Assembly: GCA_963843795.1 (NCBI GenBank) | Contig: CAWJLW010000006.1 | Coordinates: 1,736,001-1,800,000 of the forward strand | Origin: an uncultured bacterium | GTDB lineage: Bacteria; Armatimonadota; Abditibacteriia; Abditibacteriales; Abditibacteriaceae | DNA: 64,000 nucleotides | Reading direction: 5' to 3' | In this document: positions 60,591-64,000 of the stretch, piece by piece | Position numbering within the stretch: position 1 is the stretch's first letter | Layout: every line of letters begins with the position of its first letter | Position numbers and translations under genes: made by a program | Notes under the pieces: generated by a model | Seen by the model: the letters and a program-made list of their open reading frames with translations, nothing else | Told to the model about the DNA's origin: nothing | The model's database searches: none

Positions 60591-63188
60591 TTACGATTGG
60601 GAACGAGCGTTCGGGTTGAGATTGATAATCAAGACATGATGCGGATCAGAAGCGTCGCCAAAAACGCGCGACTGCGGATAAATCGCTGCCAGCCTCTCGA
60701 CATCGACGCCGTATTCCTGACGTTCCAGTTCGCCGACAACCACATAATCAATATCGTAAGCTTTTGAAATCATGTCGCGCTCGTTTTGGCTGGGCGTTGT
60801 ATAAAAGCGACGCGCATCGGCTTTGCGGCGCGCGACTTCGACCCACATCTGATCGTTATCTTGTTTATCGTGTCCCCATTGAAAAGTATGCGCCGAAGGG
60901 CCGATAATGGTGGGAATTCCGGTCGCGTGAGCGTAGCGCGCAAAGTTGGAATAATCACCGCCCGCTTGCTGCTCGGCTTCGAGTAAAGTGTCGCCGTCAT
61001 GGGCGCGCTCTTGCAACCATTGTGCGGCCTCCTGTTCGGGCGCCGCGAGATGCGCCCACGCGTCCGGCGTTTTCCAGATGCTCTGCCCCGCCGCGCGCAG
61101 TTCCTCGTTGAAGTTGCGCGTGCGACCTTGCAAACACGACCACGAAGCCAGCGCCATCACGCAAAACGCCAGTGCATAACTCAGTTGAACCGGAAACCAC
61201 CAGCGCCGCCACAACGGTTTGTCTAAGCCGTCGCAAGTACTTGCAGGCTCATTTTCCGCATTTTCACGCTGGCAAGTACTTGCAGCCAACAACGCAGCGC
61301 AGGCCGCCGCGATACCGATGAGATACCAGCCTTGCAAACCGAATTTAAAAACCGTGTCCTGACGATGATAAGTCGGGCCACTCGGCGCGGGCACCAAAAA
61401 ACCGGCCCACGTCAATTCGCTCCACATCAACGCCACGAAACCGCAAGTCGCCATGCGACACAAAAGCGAAAAGTGCGGACGCGAAGTGGTAAAAACCGCG
61501 CGCAGCGAAGCGATACCCAAAGTCGCGACTAAAATCGGCACGCTGTAATCGCCATTTTGATACACAACCGGCAAATCGCTCGGCAGCGCGCGCGGCCACG
61601 TCCATCGCCATGACCATTGCGGACCAAACTTTAAAATTCCCCACACCAAAAGCGGCAGTAAAAGCCAGCGCCAACTTCGCCAATCGCGCCCGCTCTGACG
61701 CGCATCGTCCCACAAAGCAAGGCTCCACGCACTCACGATGACGCCCCACATCAGCAACCACGCCAAAAGTGGCGTCGCTGGCAAACTCAGCGGCGATGGC
61801 GAATGCGCATTGGTGTGCAAGCGCAGCAAATACAAGACGGAAAACAGCAGCATCGAAACTGTTAAGAGCGGCCAAGTGACGGCGAACGAACGCCGGTCGA
61901 GTTCGATGACTTCGGGCGTTTGCTGCACAATACGACCCGCTTTTTTATCGGCTTTTTCGGCTTTTTTGCGCGCCGTTTTCGATAGCGTCGGCGCTTCTTC
62001 ACCGGCAAGTACTTGCAGCGCGTTGTGGCGCGATGGCCACAAGCACAAGCTCAAAAACAGCCAGTACGCGGGCACGTCCCAGGTGTTGGTAATCACGAGC
62101 GCAGCCATAACTACGCCTGCCAGCCACACGCGCCATGAAAGTGCGCGCGCCAGCCTAAGGGCAAGTCGTTGCCGCGTCGATTTTTCGCTTTTGGGCACTT
62201 CTTCAAGTGAAATTGTGCGTGGCTGCATTTGCGCGAACAACGCCCAACCCAGCGATAAAATCAGCAAGCAAACCGGAACTGCGAAATAGTGCGCGTGTAA
62301 ATCGGCGTAGGTAAAAGTGAAAAACGGAAATTCGTTGATGGTGTAATTAATGCCGCTACTGTCGCTAATCGGGTTGGGAATCACGCGCGAAGTCGAGAAG
62401 TAATCGAGCGGAAGTTCGCCAAACGGCCAGTGGCGCAAACCATTGACATCGGTTTCGATCCATTGGCGCAGCGGTTCCAACGTGCCCAGAATCAAAACCA
62501 GAAACGCCGCCACAGCGCCGCGCCGCAAGCGTCCGGTAATCGCACCGGCCAACGACATCAGCAGCGTGAAGCACAGCGCGGGCAGCGTCGCGGCCATCAA
62601 ATTGTAAGTCCAGCGAATTGGCGCAGAAATCGCGTCGCTGAGTAAAGCGGTCTGCAAATGGCCCAGATAATAGTAACCGCCCAGCCGCGCGCCCGCGAGG
62701 TAAGGATTGGGCGGAGGTAAATGATCGGCGCGCGCGCAGGCACCAATCAGCGCGATATCCATCGGTTTTTCGCCATTGTCAAAATCGGGCCACAAACACC
62801 GCAGCGCGAAGAAGATCGCGAAAATTAGCAAAAAAGTCACGTCAATGGCGACGATGGCGCGCAGATGGCGACGCAATTGGGCCAGCAACTCGTTTTTTTC
62901 GCACTTCCAGCGCCACAGGGAAAGCGCGGCCAAGAAAATCAGAATGATAGGCGCGAGGCGGACAGGCAAGCCGGCGTTTCCGGCCCAGAACGCACCCAGC
63001 GTCCACAGGGTCAGTAACAAAACGCGACCACACATCCAGCCACCGTCGGGCAAAGTTCCCAGCGTGCTGTCGGCAGAGCGCGCCATCCACAAACGCGCCG
63101 AGAAAGGAAAGGCGATGGGAGCCAGTAGCCACAACAAAAGCAACCAGGAAACGAAAACCGGAATCGGCATAAATGGGGAGCGGCGCAA
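60591..63188 (-). CDS. DUF2298 / Chlor_Arch_YYY (TIGR03662)-like membrane protein
   Basis: GEKPMD, GYYYLGH, TSRVIP, INEFPFFTF...DLHAH, NTWD, DTVFKF and YVVVGELER..YG. Confidence 0.85.
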   Translation of the reverse strand: MRRSPFMPIPVFVSWLLLLWLLAPIAFPFSARLWMARSADSTLGTLPDGGWMCGRVLLLTLWTLGAFWAGNAGLPVRLAPIILIFLAALSLWRWKCEKNELLAQLRRHLRAIVAIDVTFLLIFAIFFALRCLWPDFDNGEKPMDIALIGACARADHLPPPNPYLAGARLGGYYYLGHLQTALLSDAISAPIRWTYNLMAATLPALCFTLLMSLAGAITGRLRRGAVAAFLVLILGTLEPLRQWIETDVNGLRHWPFGELPLDYFSTSRVIPNPISDSSGINYTINEFPFFTFTYADLHAHYFAVPVCLLILSLGWALFAQMQPRTISLEEVPKSEKSTRQRLALRLARALSWRVWLAGVVMAALVITNTWDVPAYWLFLSLCLWPSRHNALQVLAGEEAPTLSKTARKKAEKADKKAGRIVQQTPEVIELDRRSFAVTWPLLTVSMLLFSVLYLLRLHTNAHSPSPLSLPATPLLAWLLMWGVIVSAWSLALWDDARQSGRDWRSWRWLLLPLLVWGILKFGPQWSWRWTWPRALPSDLPVVYQNGDYSVPILVATLGIASLRAVFTTSRPHFSLLCRMATCGFVALMWSELTWAGFLVPAPSGPTYHRQDTVFKFGLQGWYLIGIAAACAALLAASTCQRENAENEPASTCDGLDKPLWRRWWFPVQLSYALAFCVMALASWSCLQGRTRNFNEELRAAGQSIWKTPDAWAHLAAPEQEAAQWLQERAHDGDTLLEAEQQAGGDYSNFARYAHATGIPTIIGPSAHTFQWGHDKQDNDQMWVEVARRKADARRFYTTPSQNERDMISKAYDIDYVVVGELERQEYGVDVERLAAIYPQSRVFGDASDPHHVLIINLNPNARSQS

Positions 63189-63326
63189 TCGTAATTTTTG
63201 CGAAATTCGTTCAAATGTCGGTGTGGAACGCGGGAAACGCCCCGCAAGTACTTGCAGGGCGCTTTGGTTGCTATTTCAAACAACGCGTGCGATCAGAATC
63301 GCGCTTATTTTACCAAAACAGTTCCT

Positions 63327-63749
63327 ATGAAGAATTTTCAACTGCTCCCATTTTTGCGTCGCTTGTCTGCTACCGTCTTTATTTTTGCTGGAATTTTCAA
63401 GCTCGGCCTGCTCATTTTTAGTCTTGTTTCACCGTCGCGTTTGCCTTCGTTCACCGCATTATTAGCGACATTGAACGTACCATTTCCCCAAATTTTCGCA
63501 TTCACAGTGCCGCTACTCGAAATCATCGGCGGCGCGCAATTGTGGCGCAAACAACAAGTGCGAATATGGGCGGCGTTGCTAGCGTGCGATATGAGCGTGG
63601 CGATTGCCCTAGTTGGAATTCCCGCGAAATTCGGGCGCGCGCCGAAAATGGGCGCGCTGAGCGTTGGCGGTGAAAGCTGGCGTTTGCCACTGGAAATTGG
63701 CTTGTTGCTGATGTGCTTGTTTCTCGCGCTGCGCAAAAATGCCAAATGA
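63327..63749 (+). CDS. DoxX-family membrane protein
   Basis: R......FIFAG..K and P.P........EIIGG, with four TM segments. Start set at ATG 63327. Confidence 0.75.
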   Translation: MKNFQLLPFLRRLSATVFIFAGIFKLGLLIFSLVSPSRLPSFTALLATLNVPFPQIFAFTVPLLEIIGGAQLWRKQQVRIWAALLACDMSVAIALVGIPAKFGRAPKMGALSVGGESWRLPLEIGLLLMCLFLALRKNAK

Positions 63750-63821
63750 TAATGATGGAGTGCAAGTACTTGCACCACGCTTTATAGCCAAAACTGAGCG
63801 CGCGATTTAAACTCGCGCGTT

Positions 63822-64000
63822 ATGTCCACAACTCCTTATCAAATGACGAAAACGCGCGTCGCGATGGACGACGGGCGCACTTTGAACTATTACGATTTCG
63901 CTCCACAAACCCAACAGCCGCCGTTCTTGAAAATCCATCAAGAAGCCGCTGAAAAAAATCCCGCGCCCGGCCCGCGCGTGATGCCCAGCCCGCCCGAAAT
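63822..64000 (+). CDS. Partial ORF running off the window; possibly the N-terminus of galactose-1-phosphate uridylyltransferase
   Basis: My translation MSTTPYQMTKTRVAMDDGRTLNYYDFAP...PSPPE resembles the T.L.DGR.L.Y.D start of actinobacterial-type GalT. The catalytic region is not visible. Confidence 0.4.
   Translation, partial: MSTTPYQMTKTRVAMDDGRTLNYYDFAPQTQQPPFLKIHQEAAEKNPAPGPRVMPSPPE

Larger units (their letters stand above)
561..63773. repeat. Dispersed highly iterated palindrome GCAAGTACTTGC (43 exact copies by manual count)
   Basis: 12-mer starts: 561, 1011, 3272, 5899, 6357, 7424, 7901, 11197, 12345, 12615, 14388, 16405, 18351, 21007, 21225, 23375, 24723, 25682, 28970, 31348, 33102, 35308, 36518, 37721, 40374, 41014, 41388, 42876, 42915, 43066, 45374, 46843, 49149, 50637, 51724, 54869, 55940, 58231, 61233, 61272, 62005, 63244, 63762. 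Confidence 0.97.

Noticed and set aside
561..63773. Palindrome as a CRISPR repeat, REP/BIME or MITE
   Set aside because: Copies are only 12-14 bp, dispersed at kb distances and often in-frame within genes. There are no regular spacers, shared flanks, target-site duplications, cas genes or transposase.

Overview
This is a bacterial chromosomal segment of about 52 genes, mostly on the minus strand. Core genes include folP, ftsH, tilS, purC, thrC, hom, accB, priA, queC/queE, cysC, dps, smpB, dacB, pilT, rfbD, ygfZ, rluB, scpA/scpB and lysA. They are interleaved with carbohydrate genes (GH42, GH29, a PL11-CE12 fusion, CE12, a DUF1559 prepilin-like gene and LacI) and GT-C-type membrane proteins. 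The style of the prepilin suggests an Abditibacteriota/Armatimonadota-type organism (inference only). I saw no rRNA, tRNA, CRISPR array, transposase or phage genes. The outstanding signal is the perfect palindrome GCAAGTACTTGC (often TGCAAGTACTTGCA). By manual count it occurs 43 times exactly, plus about 12 near-variants, against about 0.004 expected for a random 12-mer in 64 kb. About 26 copies are intergenic, often at the exact apex of terminator-like hairpins whose arms are unrelated to each other. About 17 lie inside genes, in all three reading frames (KYL, QVL and ASTC peptides). It behaves like a highly iterated chromosomal signal (HIP1-, DUS- or USS-like), and I do not recognise it as described. 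Secondary findings are a catalytically degenerate SRAP domain fused to a SWIM-type Zn finger, and a LacI-type operator shared by a pectin lyase operon and a pilin-like gene. All counts and family calls were made by eye, with no database search.
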